Assembly: GCF_000020025.1 (NCBI RefSeq)
Contig: NC_010628.1
Span: 2,370,001 to 2,402,000 of the forward strand
DNA length: 32,000 nt
From: Nostoc punctiforme PCC 73102
GTDB lineage: Bacteria; Cyanobacteriota; Cyanobacteriia; Cyanobacteriales; Nostocaceae
Reading direction: 5' to 3'
Shown here: in pieces, positions 16,799 through 26,796 of the stretch
How the letters are laid out: each line of letters begins with the position of its first letter
Numbering within the stretch: the first letter of the stretch is position 1
Notes under the pieces: model-generated
What the model was told of the DNA's origin: nothing
Database searches by the model: none
What the model saw: the letters and a program-made list of their open reading frames with translations, nothing else
Made by a program: the position numbers and the translations under genes

Positions 16799-18094
16799 TT
16801 GTCACAGCTTATGAACCCTGCCCTAACTCAAATTGGCGCTCAAATGTCCAAACTGACTGGCGTAAGAGCAATCATGAAGGATATTATCGAGACATTACGA
16901 GCGGGTGCAGGGCAGCAGTTTATTAATTTGAGTGCTGGTAATCCGTTGATTTTGCCAGAAGTAGAGCAATTATGGCGGGATTGTACTGCACAGCTTTTGG
17001 CTAGTCCAGAATATGGTGAAGTAGTTTGTCGCTACGGCTCAAGTCAGGGCTATACACCATTAGTTGAAGCGATCGCTAACGACTTTAACAAACGCTACGG
17101 GTTAAACTTAAGCGAACGCAATATCCTCATCACCCCCGGTAGTCAAACCCTCTACTTCTACGCTGTGAATAGCTTCGGTGGCTACACCCCTAGCGGCGAG
17201 TTAAAACAAATCGTTTTGCCCCTCAGCCCTGACTACACCGGTTACGGCGGTATCTGCTTAGTTCCAAAAGCCTTAATTGCTTACAAACCGACTCTCGATA
17301 TTGATGAAGCCGCCCACCGATTTAAATATCGCCCCGACTTCAGCCAACTGTCGATTACAGAAGATACGGGTTGTGTCCTCTTCTCTCGCCCTTGTAATCC
17401 CACTGGTAATGTCCTCACTGATGATGAGGTGAAAAAGATTGCTGCCCTAGCTGCGCCTTACAATCTGCCCGTATTAATTGACTCCGCTTATGCGCCTCCC
17501 TTCCCGGCATTGAATTTTACCGAAATGACACCAGTGTTTGGTGATAATATTTTACACTGCATGAGTTTATCAAAAGCTGGATTACCAGGAGAAAGGGTTG
17601 GTATTGCCATTGGGGATGAAAAGTGGATTGAAGTGCTGGAGTGTTTCCAAGCAAATATTGGTCTCCATTCTTCACGTTACGGCCAAGCGATCGCAGCTCT
17701 TGCAATCAATTCTGGCGCTTTAGTAGAAATTTCTCACACTGTCATCCGTCCCTTTTACCAAAATAAGTTTAGCGTTTTAGAAACCAGCTTAGAACAAGCG
17801 ATGCCCAAGGATTTACCTTGGTTCCTCCATCGCGGTGAAGGAGCAATTTTTGCTTGGTTGTGGTTAGAGGATTTACCCATCAGTGATTGGGAATTTTACC
17901 AGCAATTAAAGCAAGTAGGTGTGATTATTGTCCCTGGAAGCACCTTCTTCCCCGGTTTAGAGGAAGAGTGGGCGCACAAGCACCAATGTTTCCGCATCAG
18001 CCTCACAGGTACAGATGAAGAGATAGCCACTGCTATGCAACGTTTAGCAAAAGTGGCTGAAGAAGCTTATAAAGGTGCGGCGGTGACTGCCTAG
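16799..18094 (+). CDS. avtA: Valine--pyruvate aminotransferase-like class I/II PLP aminotransferase
   Basis: 431-aa ORF from TTG at 16799; the ATG at 16811 (MNPALTQ...) is the more likely start. AvtA-like motifs are GVRAIMKDI, LSAGNP, ITPGSQ and the PLP-lysine context MSLSKAGLPGERVG. Confidence 0.8.
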   Translation: MSQLMNPALTQIGAQMSKLTGVRAIMKDIIETLRAGAGQQFINLSAGNPLILPEVEQLWRDCTAQLLASPEYGEVVCRYGSSQGYTPLVEAIANDFNKRYGLNLSERNILITPGSQTLYFYAVNSFGGYTPSGELKQIVLPLSPDYTGYGGICLVPKALIAYKPTLDIDEAAHRFKYRPDFSQLSITEDTGCVLFSRPCNPTGNVLTDDEVKKIAALAAPYNLPVLIDSAYAPPFPALNFTEMTPVFGDNILHCMSLSKAGLPGERVGIAIGDEKWIEVLECFQANIGLHSSRYGQAIAALAINSGALVEISHTVIRPFYQNKFSVLETSLEQAMPKDLPWFLHRGEGAIFAWLWLEDLPISDWEFYQQLKQVGVIIVPGSTFFPGLEEEWAHKHQCFRISLTGTDEEIATAMQRLAKVAEEAYKGAAVTA

Positions 18095-18202
18095 TACCGT
18101 AAGGCGGAATTAAAAATTAAAAATTAAAAATGAATACAGCGTAAGCATTTCATTGATTTAGAAGAGGTGGTTTATTTCCGCTGTGTTGTACTAGTAGGAA
18201 AA

Positions 18203-18916
18203 ATGGAAATGAAACACGAAGAAGCTAATAAAGAGATCGGAGGCAGAGGGGCAGAGGGGCAGAGGAGCAAGAGAGTAGGAGGAAATTCAAAAATTCAAAA
18301 TATTCAATCTCCAGCCCCTAATCCCCAACCCATAGTTCCCAATACCCAATCCCCAGTCCCTAATCTCGATAACTGGTTAGAAATTGGTAAAATTGTTTCC
18401 CCTCAAGGATTGTCTGGAGAATTAAAGGTTTATCCTGTATCTGACTTTCCCGAAAGATTTGAGGTGCCGGGAAAACGTTGGTTGTTGCATTTAGATGGCA
18501 CAGAACCACAACCAATCCAATTATTAACAGGACGTTATATCAGTAACAAAAACTTGTATGTGATCAAATTAGCTGGTGTGGAAAATTGCGATCAGGCGGA
18601 GGCATTGCGCGGTTGTAAGTTAATGGTGCCAGCAAGCGATCGCCCCCAATTAGCCGAAGATGAATATCATGTCCTCGATTTGATTGGCTTGGAAGTCTTC
18701 ATGCAAGCATCTGGCGAACTCGTTGGTACAGTGGTAGACATCATCCCCGCCGGCAATGATTTGTTAGAAGTAAAATTACACCCATCTTTCACCACTGACA
18801 AAAAACAAAAGACGGTTTTGATTCCATTTGTGGAAGCGATCGCACCAGTAGTAGACTTGAAATCCAATCGCATTGAAATTACGCCGCCGCCTGGGTTGTT
18901 GGAAATAAATAATTAG
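18203..18916 (+). CDS. rimM: 16S rRNA processing protein RimM with a low-complexity N-terminal extension
   Basis: The core is [29 protein letters not shown]... plus a PRC-barrel C-terminus. I chose the ATG at 18203, which is preceded by AGGA; the ORF track starts at GTG 18167. Confidence 0.85.
   Translation: MEMKHEEANKEIGGRGAEGQRSKRVGGNSKIQNIQSPAPNPQPIVPNTQSPVPNLDNWLEIGKIVSPQGLSGELKVYPVSDFPERFEVPGKRWLLHLDGTEPQPIQLLTGRYISNKNLYVIKLAGVENCDQAEALRGCKLMVPASDRPQLAEDEYHVLDLIGLEVFMQASGELVGTVVDIIPAGNDLLEVKLHPSFTTDKKQKTVLIPFVEAIAPVVDLKSNRIEITPPPGLLEINN
18241..18363. repeat. Three adjoining microsatellite-type repeats inside the rimM 5' region: (ggcagagg)x3, (aaattcaa)-like x3, and STRR1-like CCCCA(A/G)T heptamers x7
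   Basis: The heptamers cccctaa tccccaa cccatag ttcccaa tacccaa tccccag tccctaa lie at 18315-18363. The octamer run lies at 18242-18265. Confidence 0.75.
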
Positions 18917-19036
18917 ATCGTTAATTGATCTGCCTCTAGCTATTTTTGCTGTACTGGATACTTCAAGGGAAGGCAAAGCTTGAAGCATGAGAAAATTAGA
19001 GCACATACTCTATCTATTAATCTAGGAAATGTGGCA

Positions 19037-19291
19037 ATGCCCGAAAAACCAACAACAACTATTCACAGCCAACTACTGGAAATATTGTCCCAATTGCCCT
19101 TATCTTTTCAAGAAGAAGTATTAAATTTTGCTATTTCTCTCCAGAAAAAAAAACTAACTCAGCATTGGGATGCTATTTCTGATGTCGAGGCTGCTGCATT
19201 GAAAACTGAGTTTGCTGATGAAGATTTAGATTTTGCAGAATCCGTTTTAACTGATTATTTCTCCCAGCTTCAGCAAGAGGACGCAGTTTAA
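19037..19291 (+). CDS. Putative antitoxin of the MazF pair (DUF2281-like N-terminus)
   Basis: 84 aa from the ATG at 19037, with AGGA 9 nt upstream; the ORF track's TTG start is at 18980. The segment LSQLPLSFQEEVLNFAISLQKKK resembles DUF2281-type antitoxins. Its stop overlaps the toxin start (TAATG). Confidence 0.6.
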   Translation: MPEKPTTTIHSQLLEILSQLPLSFQEEVLNFAISLQKKKLTQHWDAISDVEAAALKTEFADEDLDFAESVLTDYFSQLQQEDAV

Positions 19292-19650
19292 TGCGAGGAG
19301 ATGTTTATTTAGCTGATTTAAATCCGAGCCGAGGTTCAGAGCAAGCAGGTATCCGACCAGTTATTATTGTTCAGCGAGATCGACTAGCTCAGTTTACAAC
19401 AACATCTGTAGTAGTTCCTTTAACCACTAATCTGCGACGCGCTATTATACCAGGGACAATTGTTATACCTTCAGGTGAAGGCGGTTTAACGCAAGATTCA
19501 GTGGTACTTTCTTATCAAATAGTTGTTATCGATAGGCAGCGATTAATCCGAAAATTAGGAACTCTTTCTCCTAATTATTTATTAATGCTAAAAGTGGCAT
19601 TAGATTACACTTTACAACTAAATAATTCTGACGAAGAAAATGCCGATTGA
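19291..19650 (+). CDS. mazF: Type II toxin-antitoxin system PemK/MazF family endoribonuclease toxin
   Basis: 119-aa ORF with RGDVYLADLNPSRGSEQAGIRPVIIVQ...VVPLTT...SVVLSYQIVVIDRQRL, a classic MazF/PemK pattern. Confidence 0.9.
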   Translation: MRGDVYLADLNPSRGSEQAGIRPVIIVQRDRLAQFTTTSVVVPLTTNLRRAIIPGTIVIPSGEGGLTQDSVVLSYQIVVIDRQRLIRKLGTLSPNYLLMLKVALDYTLQLNNSDEENAD

Positions 19651-19836
19651 TAGTATTAATTAATAGCCGCAGCTACGCCCGTTGTAGACATAGCTTTCCA
19701 TGCTGTGCCCAAAACAAAGAAATTTAGTCACAAAGGCTGAGAAAATTTGTCATGGGTTAGATGGCCATCATCTTGAAAATAAGTAGAATTACATACTGGT
19801 GAATCCTTCAAAATCCTTTTGTAATGGAGTGTCGAA

Positions 19837-22218
19837 ATGACATTAGCCAGTCCTCTACAAACAAAGCCTTTAACAGATGAAGAATTACGCAAGATAAACG
19901 CTTACTGGCGTGCAGCTAACTATCTTTCAGTTGGACAGATATATCTACTCGACAATCCACTACTGAGAGAACCGCTAAAGCTTGAACACGTCAAACCCAG
20001 GCTCTTGGGTCACTGGGGAACAACACCAGGGCTGAACTTTATCTATGCTCACTTGAATCGGGTCATCAAAAAATATGACCTAAACACGATCTATATTGCT
20101 GGCCCTGGTCATGGTGGCCCTGGACTAGTAGCCAACACCTACCTAGAAGGCACTTACACCAAGTATTATCACAACATCTCCCAGGATGCTGAAGGAATTC
20201 AGAAACTCTTCAAGCAATTTTCTTTTCCTGGTGGTATTCCCAGCCACGTTGCACCAGAAACCCCTGGTTCGATCCATGAAGGCGGGGAACTAGGTTATGC
20301 CCTTGTCCACGCTTTCGGTGCTGCCTTTGATAACCCTGACTTGATCGTTGCTGCTGTTGTGGGTGACGGCGAAGCTGAAACAGGTGCTTTAGCAACTAGC
20401 TGGCATTCCAACAAGTTTCTTAACCCCGTGCATGATGGGGCTGTACTGCCGATCCTGCACTTGAATGGGTATAAAATTGCTAATCCAACAGTACTGGCAC
20501 GGATCAGCCATGAGGAATTAGAAAGCTTATTTGTCGGCTACGGCTACAAGCCCTACTTTGTCGAAGGTGACGATCCCGCAGATGTACATCAGCAGATGGC
20601 GGCGACTCTAGATATAGCGATCGCCGAAATTCAAAGTATCCAAAGAGAAGCCCGCGTACATGGTTACACTGAACGTCCTCAGTGGCCGATGATTGTCATG
20701 AAAACCCCCAAAGGTTGGACAGGGCCAAAGGAAGTTGATGGTAAAAAAACTGAAGGTTCTTGGCGATCGCACCAAGTTCCCTTTGGGAATATCGCCAAAC
20801 AGCCAGAACATCTGAAACTCCTAGAAGATTGGATGAAGAGTTACAAACCAGAAGAACTCTTCGACGCTAACGGCACACTAATCCCAGAACTAGCAGAATT
20901 GGCTCCCAAAGGCCATCGACGCATGGGTGACAATCCCCACGCTAACGGCGGTCTTTTGCTGCGCGACCTGAAGATGCCCGACTTCCAAAAGTATGCTGTA
21001 GATGTTCTCAAACCAGGGCAAGCGATCGCTGAAGCTACCCAAGTTGCAGGAATTTTCCTCCGGGATATTATGCAACTTAACCAAGAAAGCCGCAACTTCC
21101 GCATCGTCGGCCCCGATGAAACGGTATCAAATCGCTTAGGCGCTGTGCTAGAAGTTACAGATCGGGATTGGGCAGCCCAGATACTCCCCGAAGATGACCA
21201 CCTTTCCCCCGATGGTCGGGTGATGGAAATTCTCAGCGAAACTAATTGTCAAGGATGGTTAGAAGGCTACCTCCTCACAGGACGACACGGGTTTTTCTCT
21301 TGCTACGAGGCGTTTATCCACATCGTGGACTCGATGTTCAATCAGCACGCCAAATGGCTGAAAACGACTAGACATATTCCTTGGCGTAAACCAATTGCTT
21401 CCCTTAATTATCTACTTACCTCTCACGTTTGGCGGCAAGACCATAACGGTTTTTCCCACCAAGACCCTGGTTTTATTGACCATGTAGTTAATAAGAAAGC
21501 AGAGATCGTTCGCGTGTATTTGCCCCCCGATGCCAACACTCTGCTATCGGTAACTGACCATTGTTTAAGAAGCCGCAACTATGTCAACGTCATCGTTGCC
21601 GGAAAGCAACCAGCATTGCAATACCTAAATATGGATGCTGCTATCAAGCACTGCACCAAAGGCATCGGTATTTGGGAATGGGCAAGCAACGATAAAGACG
21701 GCGAACCAGATGTAGTAATGGCTTGTGCTGGGGATATCCCCACCTTAGAAACTTTAGCGGCTGTGGACATTCTGCGCCAGCACTTCCCTGAGTTAAAGGT
21801 GCGGGTAGTGAACGTAGTCGATTTGATGACACTACAGCCAAAAAGTGAACACCCGCACGGTTTGAGCGAAAAAGACTTTGACACGATTTTCACCACCGAT
21901 AAACACATTATCTTTGCCTTTCATGGCTATCCTTGGCTGATTCATCGCTTAACCTATCGCCACACCAATCACGAGCAGTTGCATGTGCGTGGCTACAAGG
22001 AAGAAGGAACCACCACCACTCCCTTTGATATGGTTGTGCTTAACGAGCTAGATCGCTTCCATCTAGTGATGGATGTAATCGATCGCGTACCAAAGCTAGG
22101 ATATAGGGCAGCTTATGTCAAACAGCAGTTGCAAGATAAACTGATCGAACACAAACATTACATTGAGAAGTACGGCGACGATATGCCGGAAATTCGTGAC
22201 TGGAAGTGGCCCTATTAA
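19837..22218 (+). CDS. xfp: Xylulose-5-phosphate / fructose-6-phosphate phosphoketolase
   Basis: 793-aa ORF with [32 protein letters not shown] and the overall length characteristic of phosphoketolases. Confidence 0.95.
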   Translation: MTLASPLQTKPLTDEELRKINAYWRAANYLSVGQIYLLDNPLLREPLKLEHVKPRLLGHWGTTPGLNFIYAHLNRVIKKYDLNTIYIAGPGHGGPGLVANTYLEGTYTKYYHNISQDAEGIQKLFKQFSFPGGIPSHVAPETPGSIHEGGELGYALVHAFGAAFDNPDLIVAAVVGDGEAETGALATSWHSNKFLNPVHDGAVLPILHLNGYKIANPTVLARISHEELESLFVGYGYKPYFVEGDDPADVHQQMAATLDIAIAEIQSIQREARVHGYTERPQWPMIVMKTPKGWTGPKEVDGKKTEGSWRSHQVPFGNIAKQPEHLKLLEDWMKSYKPEELFDANGTLIPELAELAPKGHRRMGDNPHANGGLLLRDLKMPDFQKYAVDVLKPGQAIAEATQVAGIFLRDIMQLNQESRNFRIVGPDETVSNRLGAVLEVTDRDWAAQILPEDDHLSPDGRVMEILSETNCQGWLEGYLLTGRHGFFSCYEAFIHIVDSMFNQHAKWLKTTRHIPWRKPIASLNYLLTSHVWRQDHNGFSHQDPGFIDHVVNKKAEIVRVYLPPDANTLLSVTDHCLRSRNYVNVIVAGKQPALQYLNMDAAIKHCTKGIGIWEWASNDKDGEPDVVMACAGDIPTLETLAAVDILRQHFPELKVRVVNVVDLMTLQPKSEHPHGLSEKDFDTIFTTDKHIIFAFHGYPWLIHRLTYRHTNHEQLHVRGYKEEGTTTTPFDMVVLNELDRFHLVMDVIDRVPKLGYRAAYVKQQLQDKLIEHKHYIEKYGDDMPEIRDWKWPY

Positions 22219-22761
22219 GAGGAGATAAGTGAAAAGAGGCAGAGGGGAAAATCTTCTCCCTGCTTCTCGCTTTTTTAGCTCTTTAATATCCCCTCTTAAC
22301 CCTACTGGATAGTACCAATCACTGATACCCCTTTGGCGAGAGGTGGTTTTTGGAAACTTTCGTTGGGGGTTTCCACGATAGCATAAGGATTTCCAGCACT
22401 GCGATCGCAGATCGATTTGGGTGCAGGTAAAATCGGGAGGAAAACGGTGCAAATAAGTTCTCTTACGGTTGTTAACCAGTTTCATCCAAGAGAAGCTTTA
22501 TTGCGATCGCATACAGAAAATTTTTAACTGAGGAGCGCACTATACCATACTTTAATAAAAGAAGCAATACCTTACAGTAAGTACTATTTTTAACAAAACA
22601 TTTGTAACTACCCTTGCAGTTTATTTACCCACCGACTGCTATTCTTATAGTTACTTCGGTCTGTCATAGCAGATAGATTATCCTCAATAATGTTTTAATT
22701 TATTAGCGCTCATATACCATCCTGGTACTGTGGGTGCTTTTACTATATGCTTGATAGCAGC

Positions 22762-22796
22762 AAAAAATCTAGTCCCCTTCCCGACGCGGGAAGGGG
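22762..22796 (-). terminator. Candidate intrinsic terminator of uppS
   Basis: On the minus strand the hairpin ccccttcccg-cgt-cgggaagggg (22774-22796) is followed, after 6 nt, by TTTTTT (22762-22767). It sits about 50 nt downstream of the uppS stop and also belongs to the dispersed palindromic repeat family. Confidence 0.45.
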
Positions 22797-22844
22797 GGAA
22801 ATTTAAAATATCTCTCATTTTAAGAGAGAGGTTTTCCAAATAGC

Positions 22845-23603
22845 CTAAGCTGAGAGTGAAGCTTTGACTTGACCAAAACGGCGATCGCGACTTTGATAGC
22901 TCAACAAAGCCTGATGAAATGCTTCTCGATTAAAATCTGGCCAAAGAATATCGGTGAAATACATCTCTGTATACGCCATTTGCCACAAAAGAAAATTACT
23001 TAATCGCATCTCACCGCTAGTACGAATCAGCAAATCGGGTTCTGGAGTATCTGCCGTATAGAGATGTTGTTCTACAAGACTTTCATTTACTTGTTCCGCA
23101 CTGAGTTCGCCCTGTTCCACAAGTTGAGCTACTTGACGACAAACTCTGGTAATTTCATTGCGGCTACCGTAGTTGACTGCAACAGTAAAGTGGATTGCTT
23201 GATTGTTCAACGTCTCTGTCATTGAACGTTCCATTTCCATCTGTAGAGACTTAGGTAAAGCTGATAAATCTCCAATAAAGGAGATTCGTACACCTTCTTG
23301 ATGCATTTGGGCCAACTCGCGATGTAGTAATCGTTCAAACAAATGCATCAGAAAATCCACTTCTTCAATGGGACGCTGCCAATTTTCTGTTGAAAAAGCG
23401 TAGGCTGTCAAGGCTTTGATTCCCCAATCCTTACAGCAACGCAATAGTTCTTTGAGCGTACTTGCTCCTTGGCGATGTCCAGCAATGCGCGGTAATCCTC
23501 GACTAGTTGCCCATCTTCCATTACCATCCATAATGACGGCGATATGTTGGGGCATTGTTTGGGGATTTAAATCGCTGGGTAATTTTGATTTGTTATTTGT
23601 CAT
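22845..23603 (-). CDS. uppS: Isoprenyl transferase (undecaprenyl-diphosphate synthase)
   Basis: 252-aa ORF with [22 protein letters not shown] and [21 protein letters not shown]. Confidence 0.95.
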   Translation of the reverse strand: MTNNKSKLPSDLNPQTMPQHIAVIMDGNGRWATSRGLPRIAGHRQGASTLKELLRCCKDWGIKALTAYAFSTENWQRPIEEVDFLMHLFERLLHRELAQMHQEGVRISFIGDLSALPKSLQMEMERSMTETLNNQAIHFTVAVNYGSRNEITRVCRQVAQLVEQGELSAEQVNESLVEQHLYTADTPEPDLLIRTSGEMRLSNFLLWQMAYTEMYFTDILWPDFNREAFHQALLSYQSRDRRFGQVKASLSA

Positions 23604-23617
23604 TTGTCATTTGTTAT
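23583..23617. repeat. STRR heptamer repeat (ttttgat ttgttat ttgtcat ttgtcat ttgttat)
   Basis: Five heptamers bridge the stop of the ferritin-like gene and the first codons of uppS. Confidence 0.7.
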
Positions 23618-24558
23618 TACTGATGAGTAGTTTCAAATAAATCTTGCAAATACTCTGGTGTGAGGCTATTGTTCCAACTCCACAGACGACGCATTGTATA
23701 GGTGAAGGTGAAGAGGAGAGTTGCTTTGTTAGTCAATGACCAAGCATTCCAGTTAAGAGTACCCATCATCCGGTGGAGAGTACGCATGAGGTTGTTACGT
23801 TGATAATTTTGCGCTCGCGTTTCGATGAGTGTGCGTCCAATTCGCATCAAGCCAGTATCAGGGAAAGTCCAGGCCCCAAACCCCCAAAATTTGGTTGTAT
23901 GGTTGATTTCATCCTGTGCTAATTCCTCTAGAACATCCTGGAGTGCGCCAGTAGTGTGAGCCATCAACCAAATATAAAGACAGGTTGCACCGTATTCTGT
24001 GGCAATACGGTGTAAACCGTGGCGATATAAGTCTTCGTGAGCGTCATCTGTGGGAAGATAGTTTCTAACAGTACGAAATTTTGGGGTAATTTTCTCGCCT
24101 GTTAATTGGGTGTAGATTTTGATTAATGCAGGTGTGTGCTGACGTTCTTCCTTTTCCCACAAACCAAGTTCTAGAAGTTCGCCATCTTCACGGACAGTTC
24201 CACCAACAAACCGAGCCATCTGAGGATGCAATTTTTCTAAATACTGCCGACTGGTTTGGGTATAGCCGCGAATGGGAGCTTCTGTGTCCATTGCACCTAT
24301 TAATATAGATAGAAATACCTCTGTGTCTAAGCCGATAATTTGATTGCGGTTAATTGTTTGCCAGTCAATGGGTTTCCAGGCACGTGGTTGAGGATTGGCA
24401 AACTGTATCGGTAAATCTTGCAGGCGGTCGTGTAATTGTTCGACTGCAATATATCTGTCTATGAGGGAACGAATGCGGCGCTGTGTTTGCAAGTAATGAG
24501 GGCTGGGATAGCTTTGGCCTGCTAAGTCTTCTGTGATTGGACTGAGAGCATTAAGCAT
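23617..24558 (-). CDS. Ferritin-like di-iron carboxylate protein (acyl-ACP-desaturase-like fold)
   Basis: 313-aa ORF with two ExxH motifs in helical contexts (WEKEERQHTPAL and AQDEINHTTKFW), reminiscent of soluble desaturase or di-iron oxygenases. It lies 13 nt upstream of uppS. Confidence 0.65.
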   Translation of the reverse strand: MLNALSPITEDLAGQSYPSPHYLQTQRRIRSLIDRYIAVEQLHDRLQDLPIQFANPQPRAWKPIDWQTINRNQIIGLDTEVFLSILIGAMDTEAPIRGYTQTSRQYLEKLHPQMARFVGGTVREDGELLELGLWEKEERQHTPALIKIYTQLTGEKITPKFRTVRNYLPTDDAHEDLYRHGLHRIATEYGATCLYIWLMAHTTGALQDVLEELAQDEINHTTKFWGFGAWTFPDTGLMRIGRTLIETRAQNYQRNNLMRTLHRMMGTLNWNAWSLTNKATLLFTFTYTMRRLWSWNNSLTPEYLQDLFETTHQ

Positions 24559-24789
24559 ATTTTTATACTTAGATTTTTATCTCTATGCCCAATAGCCTAA
24601 GCGATCGCACTTCGTTTTGTCAGTCGGCTCAAGTCGGCAGTTTTATGCGATCGGGTTGCAAAAGTCGGGGAAAAAGTTGGTTAGAGAAAATTTGGGTTTA
24701 GAATCTCACCCTTCTAAGACGACTTTACAAGTTTTTCCCCCAGCAAAGAGCCCCATCTTTTGACGTGACTTTTTCCGCCTTGGAAGGTG

Positions 24790-25698
24790 TTAATAGGTTA
24801 GTTGTAAACTACTTAGAAGATATTCTCCCGCAAGAATGGGAGGATAGATAGGTGATTGCCTCTGGGAGCAACTTTCTAGACAAGCAATTTCTGTATCATC
24901 ATTAGGATGACAGAAAAAAGCAATAGAATACCTTGACTTCTTTACTCTCTCATCATTGGGAATCATAACCCGATGCTTAGTCGAGCAAAATATATGATTC
25001 GTCCATCTCTGCATTAAATCACCAGTATTTACTAGTACCATCCCAGGAATCAATGGTGCGGCAATCCACTCTTTCCTAGTTGTCTGCACTTCCAAACCTC
25101 CTACTGCATGTTGGAACAGTAAAGTAAGACTGCCATAATCGGAATGTTCACCAGCACGTACTTGTCCAGGTTTGGGCGATGTCTGTAGTGGCGGGTAATG
25201 TAATAGTCGCAAGGTATGATTTTTTTGATTATGTCTAGTCGTAAAAAAATATTCAGGCAATTCTAATGCCAAAGCAAAAGCTTGCAGTACAGTATTAGCT
25301 AATTCTGTACAAGCATTGTAAAAAGTAGATATGACAGGATTGTTTGTAAGTAAGATAGGAGATGAAAAATTATTAATTATTATGTCATTTTTTATATTAA
25401 AAGCCTCTTTTAAATCTCCTGGTTGATTAGGATTGAGGTGTTCTCTTTCCAAGCCAACATAACCTGTATTAATAAATTCATTGTTCCAGGCTAACTGTTC
25501 CTTGACTGCCAATGGTGAGTCAAAAAAAGATTTACTTGCAGAAAAAACTTGCTCTAATAAATCCGGTGATATGCCGGAATTTTGGATGTACATAAATCCA
25601 ATTTCATGACAGGCTTGATAAATATTTTTAACTACATTTTGTCGCCTTACTTGGTTGCTAATTTGGAACTGTGATAAATCAATTATTGGAATTGACAT
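24790..25698 (-). CDS. 2-oxoglutarate/Fe(II)-dependent oxygenase (isopenicillin-N-synthase family)
   Basis: It begins MSIPIIDLS from the ATG at 25698; the ORF track's GTG start is at 25713. The HxD...H facial triad is seen as GEHSDYGSLTLLFQ and STKHRV, followed by RYSIAFF. Confidence 0.85.
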   Translation of the reverse strand: MSIPIIDLSQFQISNQVRRQNVVKNIYQACHEIGFMYIQNSGISPDLLEQVFSASKSFFDSPLAVKEQLAWNNEFINTGYVGLEREHLNPNQPGDLKEAFNIKNDIIINNFSSPILLTNNPVISTFYNACTELANTVLQAFALALELPEYFFTTRHNQKNHTLRLLHYPPLQTSPKPGQVRAGEHSDYGSLTLLFQHAVGGLEVQTTRKEWIAAPLIPGMVLVNTGDLMQRWTNHIFCSTKHRVMIPNDERVKKSRYSIAFFCHPNDDTEIACLESCSQRQSPIYPPILAGEYLLSSLQLTY

Positions 25699-25850
25699 AA
25701 AATTACACCGCACTTTGCCAGTAAATTAAGTACACATTTAATATGATAAATTTTCTGGGCTGGGGCAAGATGCACACCCTATACCTTAGATCGATCGGGT
25801 GTGGCTAGGTAATGCAATTGCCTCGACATTCGCAGAGGTTTTATCGGCAA

Positions 25851-26294
25851 TTAATTTTTCTTATTCTTCTTGTACTGATTGAGTAAGTATTGTGGATTGC
25901 TGATATACATCTCTGTATAACCGCACTGACCACAAATATATGCTGTTAATGTCCCAGTGTGAGTTCCTTTAAATATGAGCGCTTTTGGATTCTCGTAAAT
26001 TTCTACTTGCAGATCCTTTTTAAACTCTTCTATGTGGGTGACAATACGAACGTTTGGAATGATATTTTCAGAGCCACATTTAACACACACCAAAAGTTCA
26101 ACTTTTTGTTGGTCTGGATACTCGGCTAGCCCTGTTGATGTTACTAAGACTGGCTGACCTTTAATGCTAGAAGGAGCAATTTCGTCAACTCCCTGGAATG
26201 ACTTGTCCTCGATTCCATCGTTTGAGGTACCACAACTCCAGCAGAAAGAGAAAGTCTCTTCATTCTGCTCATGGCACTTGCAACATTCCCACAT
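25851..26294 (-). CDS. Hypothetical double zinc-ribbon protein
   Basis: 147 aa from the ATG at 26294, with GAGGT 7 nt upstream; the GTG alternative is at 26357. It has CxxC pairs CCKC...CWSCG and CVKCG...CGQCG. Confidence 0.6.
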   Translation of the reverse strand: MWECCKCHEQNEETFSFCWSCGTSNDGIEDKSFQGVDEIAPSSIKGQPVLVTSTGLAEYPDQQKVELLVCVKCGSENIIPNVRIVTHIEEFKKDLQVEIYENPKALIFKGTHTGTLTAYICGQCGYTEMYISNPQYLLNQYKKNKKN

Positions 26295-26451
26295 CTGTAT
26301 TACCTCTGCAAAACAGTTGACGTTAGACAAGTTTAAACCAATAACAATTTTACTCACATTAGGCGAAGCAAAAAGGTTAGAAAAATTGTTATTCGAGAGT
26401 TAATCCGCTATTTACCGACTGAAGAGACTACAGGTCACTTGAATATTTCGA

Positions 26452-26635
26452 CTTAACCCTGTTTTCTCCCTTTGAGAGAATGCAATAACCAAAAGAGTTG
26501 TGAAGCTTTGGTTTCCAGTTCTTGTCTATAAATTTTAGTTTCTATTAGAAAATAAAACTTTAAGTCTTGATAAAATCAAAGTTTGAGACTTTGGCTTCGA
26601 TTATTGCTTTTCAAGAGTGACAAAACAGGGCTAAG
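26452..26635. repeat. About 184-bp element with long imperfect inverted-repeat arms (MITE or structured RNA candidate)
   Basis: The left arm is cttaaccctgttttctccctttgagagaatgcaataa. The right arm is ttattgcttttcaagagtgacaaaacagggctaag. The outer 14 nt match 13/14 and gcaataa pairs with ttattgc. The centre is AT-rich. Confidence 0.5.
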
Positions 26636-26796
26636 TACCACTACATTACAGACGGCATACGCAACTTTGGCTATTTAAGCGGGTCGTGTCCCCAATCTTT
26701 TAAAGAGTACCGCAAGGCACTATGTTCGCTCTGCGCCTGAAGGTTTTTATTGATAATTCATGCTGGGTGACTAAATTACGAGTTTTCAATGACAGA

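Noticed and set aside
22230-22280. Possible terminator after xfp (aggggaaaatcttctccct followed by cgctttttt)
   Set aside because: The stem is short and needs a bulge or wobble, so it is not convincing enough to list as a feature.
22096-22485. 129-aa minus-strand ORF downstream of phosphoketolase
   Set aside because: It overlaps the 3' end of xfp by about 120 nt in antisense. The rest lies in repeat-rich spacer, and it shows no recognisable motifs or SD.
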